Shown here: in pieces, positions 38,791 through 51,200 of the stretch | Position numbering within the stretch: the stretch's first letter is position 1 | Layout: every line of letters starts with the position of its first letter | From: Macrostomum lignano | Taxonomy: Eukaryota | Assembly (NCBI GenBank): GCA_002269645.1 | Contig: NIVC01002144.1 | Coordinates: forward strand, 62,001 to 126,000 | Reading direction: 5' to 3' | DNA length: 64,000 bases | Made by a program: the position numbers and the translations under genes | The notes under the pieces: model-generated | What the model saw: the letters and a program-made list of their open reading frames with translations, nothing else | What the model was told of the DNA's origin: nothing | Databases searched by the model: none

Positions 38791-39526
38791 GACTTAATTT
38801 CTCGATCCTAATTTAACTTTTGATTTTTGTGTAACCCTTGACCTTACATGACCCTTAATCTAGACTTTAATGACCACTTGACCTTATTTGACATTTACTT
38901 GTCGTCCTTCACCCCGACCTTTGTTAATCATTGATCTTTGTTGTCAGCGTAAGTTTATGTTTACATTTTCACAAATTTTCTTTTAGTTTTTTATATTTGG
39001 TTTAAAATTTAAAAAATTATTGACTGACCGTTGACCCCAGTTGACCCCGCTGTTGTCTTAAGATTCTGTCTTTTCACTTAACGACGCTCGTATTACGCAA
39101 CTTATAGTTGATCTGATTAAAGTCTGAGGATTTGTATTGCTTGATTAAATTGACCCTTTAAACACCTTTATGGTCAGTTATAGTTTTCGCAATAATTCTT
39201 ATCAAATTGCTGTCTGTTGTCAAACTCGTATCTATTTTCTAAATAGATGTTTATTCCGAATACATTAGCTAACTAGAAAATTGTTATTGTAGTGTTGTTC
39301 TCGTAATCGCGATATAATTAATCTTATAATTGGTTAAACAAAGCGTTATTTTTATTGTTGTCGATCGCTACTATTGATTGATTGATAGCTTTGTGAGCAC
39401 TGTCTGTAGTGTGTCCGTTCTCAATATACAAATCCCTGTGTTATGATTATTAATTTTTTTAATAACTTCACATTTTCTGCCTTTTTCTGCATTTTGGCTC
39501 AGTTATTTTACTGTTTAAGGGCAAAT

Positions 39527-39940
39527 GTCTACTACAGACTGGATTGGGTAGAGTATAGGACTGTCTACTACAGACTGGATTGGGTAGAGTATAGGACTGT
39601 CTACTACAGGCTGCATTGAGTAGAGTTTAGGACTGTCTACTACAGGCTGCATTGGATAGGGTATAGGACTGTCTACTACAGGCTGCATTGGGTAGAGTAT
39701 AGGACTGTCTACTACAGGCTGCATTGGGTAGAGTATAGACTGTCTACTACAGGCTGCATTGGGTAGAGTATAGGACTGTCTACTACAGGCTGCATTGGGT
39801 AGAGTATAGGACTGTCTACTACAGGCTGCATTGGGTAGAGTATAGGACTGTCTACTACAGGCTGCATTGGATAGAGTATAGGACTGTCTACTACAGACTG
39901 CATTGGGTAGAGTATAGGACTGTCTACTGCAGACTGCATC
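39527..39940. repeat. 36-bp minisatellite
   Basis: TAGAGTATAGGACTGTCTACTACAGGCTGCATTGGG. Confidence 0.95.
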
Positions 39941-42145
39941 TAGTTGAATTTAAAACGGTCAAGTGCTGATTGGACTGGGGCTGTCCACTACTATAGACAC
40001 TGTACAAACGTATTGGAAAAAGTTTTAATTCTTCTACTACTGTCGGTGCAGATGAAGGTGGCAGAGCTAAAGCTTAATCAGATACATGTATTAAAATGAG
40101 ATTTTCGCTGGATTTCCAACGTTACATAATTAAACTTTCATGCGAATCACGTTAAGCCTCTGTATTATTTAGTCACAGTCCGGCTATTTTTATGTTTACG
40201 GCCTTTTATTATCCAGTAAGGAAACATTTTCACTTGATTTGTTAGAGATGCACATGCACAATGTTTACATACGCGTATGCAAGTGATGTGTATTCTGTGT
40301 TCTCACAAGATGAGATGGCAGTCTAACGTGTGTAATTAATACATCTGTAATTTTGGTACTTTAATGTGCAATAACATATGTAGTTCTAGCTATTTTGCTG
40401 GGGAGATAATTACCAGGAAGTTTTATTATTCTAGCTGTGATGTTTATAAATTTCTATATGATGATGACCGGAAATTACTGTACAGCAATTGTGATCGATT
40501 GACGGATTCGCTAAGTCATTTCTGTTGACACAGCACATGCAGTAAAGCTCTTTCGAATCCTACGTAAATATTGGGTCCTGCATTTATAATATAAGGTGCA
40601 ATTTATTTCAGCTAAGCAATTAAGCCGAGCAGTTGACTGAAAAGCGGAAACATTTTCTCGCCTATGTGGAGTGAGTGCTGCATTATTTAAATGGCTATTC
40701 GCATAATTATAGCCCTTTTAACGACTGCATGAACTGAGTTCAAAGGAACAATTACGATCCTACATATACACTGTAAATGATGTATGCATACGTGTAGTAC
40801 GATTGTCATATCGTTTTTAATTTGAAAAATTCTCTCTCCGTGAAAGTCAACTGCCTTTTTCTATCGTAAAATTTGTTTTCATACGTACCTTGATAAAAAA
40901 CCAATTGCTTGAAAAAATGTATGCGCATCATTGTACAATGTAAAATATATAATAAAACAAAGTGCTAGCTGGTCATGAGCATGTAATAACACAGTCTATC
41001 CCCATTTTAGCAATGAGCTGTTCAGCTAAACATACAACGGCTTAACCAAAAATGTCGCATTAGTTTTTACGCTATTTTTTGCTGAATATCTCACTTCTAA
41101 ATAGATTATCGATAAATTTTATTAACACCGTATTTCCTAATTCTGTGTTTGTCTATTACTTAAAATACCCGCTGGCAAATATCTCTTATTAACGTTTACG
41201 GCAAATTCAAATTAAAGTTTCTAATATTTTATAATTTTAGTATTCCTGAGCTAAAATAAAAAAGCTTCTTTGTTTTACCTCACTAAGTCGTTTTAAGTAC
41301 ATTACCAACCAGTTTTTTAAAATGGGGTATTTAATTGGATTTCAAACGATGAATCGTTTTTTAAAGATAAAACGACAATTTAAACTTGACTTTGTACATT
41401 TATACAAGTTTAGTAATTGAATTGAAGAACACAAATGAGCTCTAGCGCTGTTGAAACCTCTATAAATGTAAGTTTTGGTTTCTAAAAATATCTATGCTGT
41501 AGCATTTTTAGTCAAAAGATTGAAATACAACATGAAAAAGGACTAATTGAGAGAAACCTAAATAAATACTAAAATATCTAATTAACCCTTAGCCTTCGAT
41601 TTTTGAGCAAAAATTTAGATTTGCTCCTAGACATTTCTATAAAACTCGTGAGGTTTTTATGCATATACTGAGTCAAGACCAAGTGCTTATGGCCCTATAG
41701 TTTTTACTTGAAACTTTAGATATATGTAATATATTATAGCTCGTATATTTTTGTATATATATATATAGGTCGTATATCGAAAGAAGTTAGCTCGTATATT
41801 TTTATTAGCTCGTAGAAAATTAAGACTATTAAAATAATAGTCTCTATTTTAAGGACTTAAATTATTAGGGTAATTTTTTTCTAGACAAAAGACGATAGGA
41901 TTACAGGCGATATGAATACACACAACATAAAACTTAAATGTCTAAACCTGCTTAACCAAATATTTTAATCTTGCTGGTCAAAACTTACACTTTTACTTGT
42001 AATAATAATGTCTATTCGACAGTACTTTGCTTAATCTTATTAATATGAGAATATTGATGAAGAAATTATGAAAACAGATATATATTAACTATAAGAAGTA
42101 ATAATTCCGATTTAACCTCTTATTCCCACGTCTCCTTAAAAACAG

Positions 42146-43027
42146 CGGGACTTGTTCAACCCGACTGAAGCGCAGGTGACCCGCTCAAATCTGGTCTACG
42201 CGATCAACGTTTTCGACGTCCTGCCCCTGCCCGCCCTACTCATAATAGTATTCATAGTTTACGCCGCCGTGCTAATCCTGTTCCGCTACGTGGCCTACCG
42301 GGTGGTGAGCGGCGCTGGGCAGCCGTCGACGGAGCCGCGCGGCGCCGGCATCTGCAACTCCTTCTGCCTGTGCTGCGTCAACTGCAGCAACAGCTGCGGC
42401 GCCTGCGACAACCGCGGCACCCTGGGCGGCTGCGCCAACGGCGTCTGCCCGCACAGACGCAGCGGGGTGCTGTTCTCCGATGTGCTGCTGTGCCACCAGT
42501 GCGAGGTGAGCAGGGGGGTTCGAACTTCGGCTGACTTGATGGTGCTGGTGGGAATAGCCAGCTGTTAGAGCCAGTTGTCTGACTCTATCAGCTGTTAGAT
42601 ATTCTGTGCCTGACTCTGTCAGCTGTTAGATATTCTGTGCCTGACTCTATAAGATGTTAGATATTCTGTGCCTGACTCTATAAGATGTTAGATATTCTGT
42701 GCCTGACTCTGTCAGCTGTTAGATATTCTGTGCCTGACTCAATCAGATGTTAGATATTCTGTGCCTGACTCTATCAGATGTTAGATATTCCGTAAGGTGC
42801 TAGTTTACCACCTTTTAAATATTGGTAAATCAGCTGTCATAGAGTTCAATGGTTAGATACGTATACCGGAAATCAAGCGTTTCCCTCCCACATCCTCGAT
42901 AATCCCACAGCGTAAAACGGTGAATTGTTGTCAAGCCGACTGCGACGACTGCTTCTGCTTCTGCTTTGAATGCCGCTTCCGGAAAAATGGCGGCACTGCG
43001 CTGCTTGGCTCCGCTGCTGAAGAATAA
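42146..43027 (+). CDS. Unrecognised single-pass membrane protein with an 18-Cys tail; no ATG in the visible exons
   Basis: GC-rich exon 42146-42505 (AG/GT, phase 0) joins exon 42911-43027 in frame: ...LLCHQCE|RKTVNCCQADCDDCFCFCFECR...EE*. Hydrophobic segment LPALLIIVFIVYAAVLILF. Confidence 0.75.
42560..42790. repeat. 31-bp repeat in the Cys-rich gene intron
   Basis: GTTAGATATTCTGTGCCTGACTCTATCAG(C/A)T. Confidence 0.92.
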
Positions 43028-43697
43028 CCGGAAGTGGACTTTAATGAGTAGAAATGGAATCATGGCAACCCGAAGTGGACTGTAATGACTAGAAATGGGC
43101 TCATGACAACCAGAAGTGGACTGTAATTACTAGAAATGGGCTCATGACAACCGGGAGTGGACTGTAATGACTAGAATTGGGGTCATAGCAACCGGAAGTG
43201 GACTGTAATGACTAGAAATTGACTCATAGCAACCGGAAGTGGACCATAATGACTAGAAATTGACTCATAGCAACCGGAAGTGGACTGTGATGACTAGAAA
43301 TTGACTCATAGCAACCGGAAGTGGACCATAATGACTATTAATTGACTCATAGCAACCGGAAGTGGACCATAATGACTAGAAATTGACTCATAGCAACCGG
43401 AAGTGGACCATAATAACTAGAAATTGACTCATAGCAACCGGAAGTGGACCATAATGACTAGAAATTGACTCATAGCAACCGGAAGTGGACTGTAATGACT
43501 AGAAATTGACTCATAGCAACCGGAAGTGGACCCTAATGACTATTAATTGACTCATAGCAACCGGAAGTGGACCATAATGACTAGAAATTGACTCATAGCA
43601 ACCGGAAGTGGACCATAATGACTATTAATTGACTCATAGCAACCGGAAGTGGACCATAATGACTAGAAATTGACTCATAGCAACCGGAAGTGGACTA
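43025..43697. repeat. 41-bp minisatellite starting at the stop codon
   Basis: AGCAACCGGAAGTGGACCATAATGACTAGAAATTGACTCAT, about 16 copies. Confidence 0.95.
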
Positions 43698-44247
43698 TAT
43701 TGAAATTACAATAAATTTGACGAATTTATCGAAGAATATGGATCAAAAAAAGATTTATTTAGCTGCGACAAGAAACAGACTGAACTAAATACTTTTACCA
43801 TCATAGCAATTGTTGTTTTCATTAATTTGAAAACGTTCCTGTAACATTTACATGTATATTTCAAACAACATCGAATAGCTTTTTTATTTTATCTGTTTAT
43901 GCTCATATAGGATCAGACAATTGATCATCTCCAAGCGACCTGAATCCACTTCCATCTACAAATCCTCTTTGAAACATTCCTTTTTTGCATCCGAATTTAA
44001 ACGGTAACTTTTATCGTCTTTTATGACTACTGAAAGTAGAGCGTGCTCCTCCTGATAACGTTTTTATTTATTGAATGCTTCCTGGAAAGAAGTTAAATAA
44101 ACAAAGTTGCAGCGCGTTGGCCCAATATTTTAATTTTGACTGCTGCTGTATTGCCGCAAGTTTGTATTTTTTCAAGGCAAAATATTGTGTGACTTCTATG
44201 CTGTATATGTGCCTCATGAAGAGACACTAAAAAGCCTTTTTTAGACA

Positions 44248-47210
44248 GGTGTGTCACCTGTTAGATATGGGGTGTCACCTGTTAGATATGGGTGTCATCT
44301 GTTAGATATGGGTGTCACCTGTTAGATATGGGTGTCACCTGTTAGATATGGGTGTCACCTGTTAGATATGGGTGTCACCTGTTAGATATGGGTGTCACCT
44401 GTTAGATATGGGTGTCACCTGTTAGATATGGGTGTCACCTGTTAGATATGGGTGCCGCCTGTTAGATATGGGTGTCACCTGTTACATTTGCGTGCCGCCT
44501 GTTAGATATGGGTGTCCTGTTAGATATGGGCGTCACCTGTTAGATATGGGTGGCACCTGTTAGATATGCGTTCCGCCTGTTAGATATGAGTGTCACCTGT
44601 TAGATATGGGTGTCACCTGTTAGATATGGGTGTCACCTGTTAGATATGGGTGTCACCTGTTAGATATGGGTGTCACCTGTTAGATATGGGTGTCACCTGT
44701 TAGATATGGGTGTCACCAGTTAGATATGGGTGCCGCCTGTTAGATATGGGTGTCACCTGTTAGATATGGGTGTCACCTGTTAGATATGGGTGTCACCTGT
44801 TAGATATGGGTATCACCTGTTAGATATGGGTGTCACCTGTTAGATATGGGTGTCACCTGTTAGATATGGGTGTCACCTGTTAGATATGGGTGTCACCTGT
44901 TAGATATGGGTGTCACCTGTTAGATATGGGTGTCACCTGTTAGACAGAAGTGTCACCTGTTAGATATGGGGTGTCACTAGACATGGGTGTCACCTGTTAG
45001 ATATGGGTGTCACCTGTTAGATATGGGTGTCACCTGTTAGATATGGGTGTCACCTGTTAGATATGGGTGTCACCTGTTTGATATAGGTCTCAACTGTTAG
45101 ATATGGGTGTCACCTGTTAGATATGGGCGCCACCTGTTAGATATGGTTGTCACCTGTTAGATATGGGGTGTCACTAGACATGGGTGTCACCTGTTAGATA
45201 TGGGTGTCACCTGTTAGATATGGGGTGTCACTAGATATGGGTGTCACCTGTTAGATATGGGTGTCACCTGTTAGATATGGGTGTCACCTGTTAGATATGG
45301 GTGTCACCTGTTAGACATGGGTGTCACCTGTTAGATATGGGTGTCACCTGTTAGATATGGGTGTCACCTGTTAGATATGGGTGTCACCTGTTAGATATGG
45401 GTGTCACCTGTTAGATATGGGTGCCACCTGTTAGATGTGGGTGTCACCTGTTTGATATGTCACCTGTTTGATATAGGTCTCAACTGTTAGATATGGGTGC
45501 CACCTGTTAGATATGGTTGCCATCTGTTAGATATGCGTTCCGCTTGTTAGATATGGGTGTCACCTGTTAGATATGGGTGTCACCTGTTTGATATAGGTCT
45601 CAACTGTTAGATATGGGTGTCACCTGTTAGATATGGGTGTCACCTGTTAGATATGCGTTCCGCCTGTTAGAATTGGGTGTCACCTGTTAGATATGGGTGC
45701 CGCCTGTTAGATATGGGTGTCACCTATTAGATATGGGTGTCACCAGTTAGATATGGGTGCCGCCTGTTAGATATGGGTGTCACCTGTTAGATATGGGTGT
45801 CACCTGTTAGATATGGGTGTCACCTGTTAGATATGGGTGTCACCTGTTAGATATGGGTGTCACCTGTTAGATATGGGTGTCACCTGTTAGATATGGGTGT
45901 CACCTGTTAGATATGGGTGTCACCTGTTAGATATGGGTGTCACCTGTTAGATATGGGTGTCACCTGTTAGATATTGGTGTCACCTGTTAGATATGGGTGT
46001 CACTAGACATGGGTGTCACCTGTTAGATATGGGTGTCACCTGTTAGATATGGGGTGTCACTAGATATGGGTGTCACCTGTTAGATATGGGTGTCACCTGT
46101 TAGATATGGGTGTCACTAGATATGGGTGTCACCTGTTAGATATGGGTGTCACCTGTTAGATATGGATGTCACCTGTTAGATATGGGTGTCACCTGTTAGA
46201 TATGGGGTGTCACTAGATATGGGTGTCACCTGTTAGATATGGGTGTCACCTGTTAGATATGGGTGTCACCTGTTAGATATGGGTGTCACCTGTTTGATAT
46301 AGGTCTCAACTGTTAGTTATGGGTGTCACCTGTTAGATATGGGCGCCACCTGTTAGATATTGTTGTCACCTGTTAGATATGGGGTGTCACTAGACATGGG
46401 TGTCACCTGTTAGATATGGGTGTCACCTGTTAGATATGGGGTGTCACTAGATATGGGTGTCACCTGTTAGATATGGGTGTCACCTGTTAGATATGGGTGT
46501 CACCTGTTAGATATGGGTGTCACCTGTTAGGCATGGGTGTCACCTGTTAGATATGGGTGTCACCTGTTAGATATGGGTGTCACCTGTTAGATATGGGTGT
46601 CACCTGTTAGATATGGGTGTCACCTGTTAGATATGGGTGCCACCTGTTAGATGTGGGTGTCACCTGTTTGATATAGGTCTCAACTGTTAGATATGGGTGC
46701 CACCTGTTAGATATGGTTGCCATCTGTTAGATATGCGTTCCGCTTGTTAGATATGGGTGTCACCTGTTAGATATGGGTGTCACCTGTTTGATATAGGTCT
46801 CAACTGTTAGATATGGGTGTCACCTGTTAGATATGGGTGTCACCTGTTAGATATGCGTTCCGCCTGTTAGAATTGGGTGTCACCTGTTAGATATGGGTGC
46901 CGCCTGTTAGATATGGGTGTCACCTATTAGATATGGGTGTCATCTGTTAGATATGCGTTTCGCCTGTTAGATATGAGTGTCACCTGTTAGATATGGGTGT
47001 CACCTGTTAGATATGGGTGTCACCTGTTTGATATAGGTCTCAACTGTTAGATATGGGTGCCACCTGTTAGATATGGTTGTCACCTGTTAGATATGGGTGT
47101 CACTTGTTAGATATGGGTGTCACCTGTTAGATATGGGTGTCACCTGTTAGATATGGGTGTCACCTGTTAGACAGAAGTGTCACCTGTTAGATAGGAGTGT
47201 CACCTGTTTA
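44248..47210. repeat. 20-bp satellite, about 3 kb
   Basis: GTTAGATATGGGTGTCACCT with recurring variant units. Confidence 0.98.
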
Positions 47211-47647
47211 CTGTTAGACAGCCTAAAAGTATGTTGACTAAATACATGTACATAAAAATTGAACCAAATACAGCCTAGAGTTGGTATATTAAGTTTCAGG
47301 CACGTCAATTTGAAATAATTTAAACATTTCGGATGCTGAAGCTCGGATTAACGCGGATTATTTTTATCTTATTAAATAATAGTTGTTTGAACTGAATTCT
47401 GCTTTGCTGATGAATATCCTTTTCATTTCTTGAAGTTCCATCTCTTAAAGCAATAAACAGTTTGCATAGGAAAAGCTAGCAAATCTTGGAAAAGCACTAA
47501 TCTTCTGATTTTACAAGTCTTTGGCTTTTCATTTCCGGTCCCAATATTGCTAAGCGCATCAATTGCGCTTACTGGCGTGTACGAGCTTACAGCAGGCTGT
47601 ACATGTACAGGCCAGTGCACCAGGCTGTTCAGTGAAGCTCTCGTTAG

Positions 47648-47954
47648 ACATGGAGCTCTAGATGCTGCTGAATCTGGAATAGAAACCCTCTTTAGACATG
47701 GAGCTCTAGATGCTGCTGAATCTGGAATAGAAACCCTCTTTAGACAAGGAGCTCTAGATGCTGCTGAATCTGGAATAGAAACCCTCTTTAGACATGGAGC
47801 TCTAGATGCTGCTGAATCTGGAATAGAAACCCTCTTTAGACATGGAGCTCTAGATGCTGCTGAATCTGGAATAGAAACCCTCTTTAGACATGGAGCTCTA
47901 GATGCTGCTGAATCTGGAATAGAAACCCTCTTTAGACAAGGAGCTCTAGATGCT
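47648..47954. repeat. 48-bp tandem repeat, about 6.4 copies
   Basis: ACATGGAGCTCTAGATGCTGCTGAATCTGGAATAGAAACCCTCTTTAG. Confidence 0.95.
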
Positions 47955-48286
47955 CACTCTGGACTGGAATAGAAACCATCGCTTCGTTGAGTATGGAGTT
48001 CAATTGTCGTTGATTGTTGAATCTGGAAAGGAAATTGTATACACTGCACCAGCCTTCTCCTGGTAGCTTCAGTATTTCAATAAACTTTCACGGTAGCCTA
48101 CGGGTATATTGAAGGAGGATTGAGAGAGAGGTTTACGAAGCTCGTACAAGGCTTGTGCAAATCCAGATAAACACGTTTATCAGTTTTATCAGATCCAAAT
48201 AGTTTTATAAACTTGGCGCCATCAACCTGCCCTCTGTCTCTCTGGTGAATTGCTGAAGTTCCAATATTACTCAGCTCGCAACGGTC

Positions 48287-51200
48287 ATGAGTTTTCTGCA
48301 AAGATGTATCTGGCCTCAGGGAAGGTAATAACTTTAAAAAATCCTCACTCGTTTGAACATTTTGGCTTTTGCGGTAGAATTTCTAATTATAGAAAAAATG
48401 GCACTTTCGCCGCTCTTTCAGCGACGAGAATTTGCACCTGGCTGGCGGACAGGGCGCCAAGATCTGCTTCAACAGCTGGCTGCTGATGTCACCCATTGAG
48501 TTTTTCCCGGGTCGAGAACACGGGACTGTAATTTTTTCAAGGCGGGTGAGTACAGTCACTGGACAGCTTTTGAAACTGTCCTCTGAAAGATCCCACAAAA
48601 GTAGTTGTGCCCTCTGAAAGACCCCACAGAAGTATTTGTGTCCTCTGAAAGATCCCACAGAAGTAGTTGTGTCCTCTGAAAGACCCCACAGAAGTAGTTG
48701 TGTCCTCTGAAAGACCCCACAAAAGTAGTTGTGTCCTCTAAAAGACCCCACAGAAGTAGTTATGTCCTCTGAAAGACCCCACAAAAGTAGTTGTGTCCTC
48801 TAAAAGACCCCACAGAAGTAGTTGTGTCCTCTGAAAGACCCCACAAAGTAGTTGCGTCCACCGAAAGACCTTGCTGAAGTAGTTGCGTCCAAGGAAGTAC
48901 TCATTATATTTTCACGCATCATTTAATCGTTGCATCTGATTCTCCGTCGCACAGCACTGGAAGCGACAGTTCTTCGAGCTGTCGCTGGTCCGCGGCCAGA
49001 CCACCCAGGACACCGACCGGTTCCATCTGACCTGCTATTCAAAAAGCGATCGCAAGCGACCGAAAGGCTGCATCGATATGAACACTGTGACGGACCTGCG
49101 CAAGATGTCCGTGCCACCGGATGAACTGCTGGCAACGCTGAGCAGGAAGCATCGCTGCGATGATTGCCAGCTGATGGATGCCGACCCCAGTCGTCAAGTT
49201 GTCACCTACGACCGGCTGCCGTTCTTCAGCTTCGAGGCAATGTTCGGCGAGCACCGCGGTCGAGTCTACCTGCTGGCTGAAGACCCCAGGCAGATGCAGC
49301 ATTGGGTGAGGCTGCTCTGTTCAGTTTTTTGTGCATTTGTTCTTGCGATTTATCGAGACGATGTTCAAACTAAACAGCACCTTTTCGAGAAGATGCTCAA
49401 CCTGAAAGAGCGTCTTGCCAAAAAGATGCTCGACCTAAAAGAGAATCTTGTCGAGAAGATGCTCAACCTGAAAGAGCGTCTTGCCGAGAAGATGCTCAAC
49501 CTAAAAGAGTGCCTTGTCGAGAAGATGCTCAACCTAAAAGAGTGCCTTGTCGAGAAGATGCTCAACCTAAAAGAGTGCCTTGTCGAGAAGATGCTCAACC
49601 TAAAAGATTGCCTTGTCGAGAAGATGCTCGACCTAAAAGAGTGCCTTGTCGAGAAGATGCTCAACCTAAAAGAGCGCCTTGTCGAGAAGATGCTCAACCT
49701 GAAAGAGCGCCTTGTCGAGAAGATGCTCAACCTAAAAGAGTGCCTTGTTGAGAAGATGCTCAACCTGAAAGAGCGTCTTGTCGAGAAGATGCTCAACCTG
49801 AAAGAGCGCCTTGTCGAGAAGATGCTCAACCTGAAAGAGCATCTTGCCGAGAAGATGCTCAACCTAAAAGAGTGCCTTGTCGAGAAGATGCTCAACCTGA
49901 AAGAGCGCCTTGTCGAGAAGATGCTCAACCTGAAAGAGTGTCTTGTCGAGATGCTCAACCTGAAAGAGCGTCTTGTCGAGAAGATGCTCAACCTGAAAGA
50001 GTGTCTTGTCGAGATGCTCAACCTGAAAGAGCGCCTTGTCGAGAAGATGCTCAACCTGAAAGAGCGTCTTGTCGATAAGATGCTCAACCTGAAAGAGCGC
50101 CTTGTCGAGAAGATGCTCAACCTGAAAGAGCATCTTGCCGATAAGATGCTCAACCTGAAAGAGCGCCTTGTCGAGAAGATGCTCAACCTGAAAGAGCGCC
50201 TTGTCGAGAAGATGCTCAACCTGAAAGAGCGTCTTGTCGAGAAGATGCTCAACCTGAAAGAGCGTCTTGTCGAGAAGATGCTCAACCTGAAAGAGTGTCT
50301 TGTCGAGATGCTCAACCTGAAAGAGCGCCTTGTCGAGAAGATGCTCAACCTGAAAGAGCGTCTTGTCGAGAAGATGCTCAACCTGAAAGAGCGTCTTGTC
50401 GAGAAGATGCTCAACCTGAAAGAGTGTCTTGTCGAGATGCTCAACCTGAAAGAGCGCCTTGTCGAGAAGATGCTCAACCTGAAAGAGTGTCTTGTCGAGA
50501 TGCTCAACCTAAAAGAGCGCCTTGTCGAGAAGATGCTCAACCTGAAAGAGCGTCTTGTCGAGAAGATGCTCAACCTGAAAGAGCGTCTTGTCGAGAAGAT
50601 GCTCAACCTAAAAGAGTGTCTTGTCGAGAAGATGCTCAACCTGAAAGAGCGTCTTGTCGAGAAGATGCTCAACCTGAAAGAGCGTCTTGTCGAGAAGATG
50701 CTCAACCTAAAAGAGTGTCTTGCCGATAAGATGCTCAACCTGAAAGAGCATCTTGCCGATAAGATGCTCAACCTGAAAGAGCGCCTTGTCGAGAAGATGC
50801 TCAACCTGAAAGAGCGCCTTGTCGAGAAGATGCTCAACCTGAAAGAGCGTCTTGTCGAGAAGATGCTCAACCTGAAAGAGCGTCTTGTCGAGAAGATGCT
50901 CAACCTAAAAGAGTGCCTTGTCGAGAAGATGCTCAACCTAAAAGAGCGTCTTGTCGAGAAGATGCTCAACCTAAAAGAGCGTCTTGTCGAGAAGATGCTC
51001 AACCTAAAAGAGCGCCTTGTCGAGATTCTTAGAAAGAGATGCTCTTTGATTTGTCCCTTGCTGCAAATGTCACGGTCTACATGGCCAAACGTTCAACCGA
51101 TGCTTTCCATTCACAAGGTGAGCTATTTAAGCTCCGCTTGCGACATGCCAGACGCTAAAGTCGGACAATCCGTAGATATGCCACAACCAGTATCGCCAGT

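Noticed and set aside
10164-47210. Regular repeat arrays as CRISPR arrays
   Set aside because: Head-to-tail units with no unique spacers, no cas genes, and a eukaryotic intronic context.
49365-51002. 545-aa antisense ORF (RLSIFSTRRSF)n
   Set aside because: Reverse reading of the 33-bp repeat with no gene context; it also shows why openness alone does not prove the sense repeat is coding.
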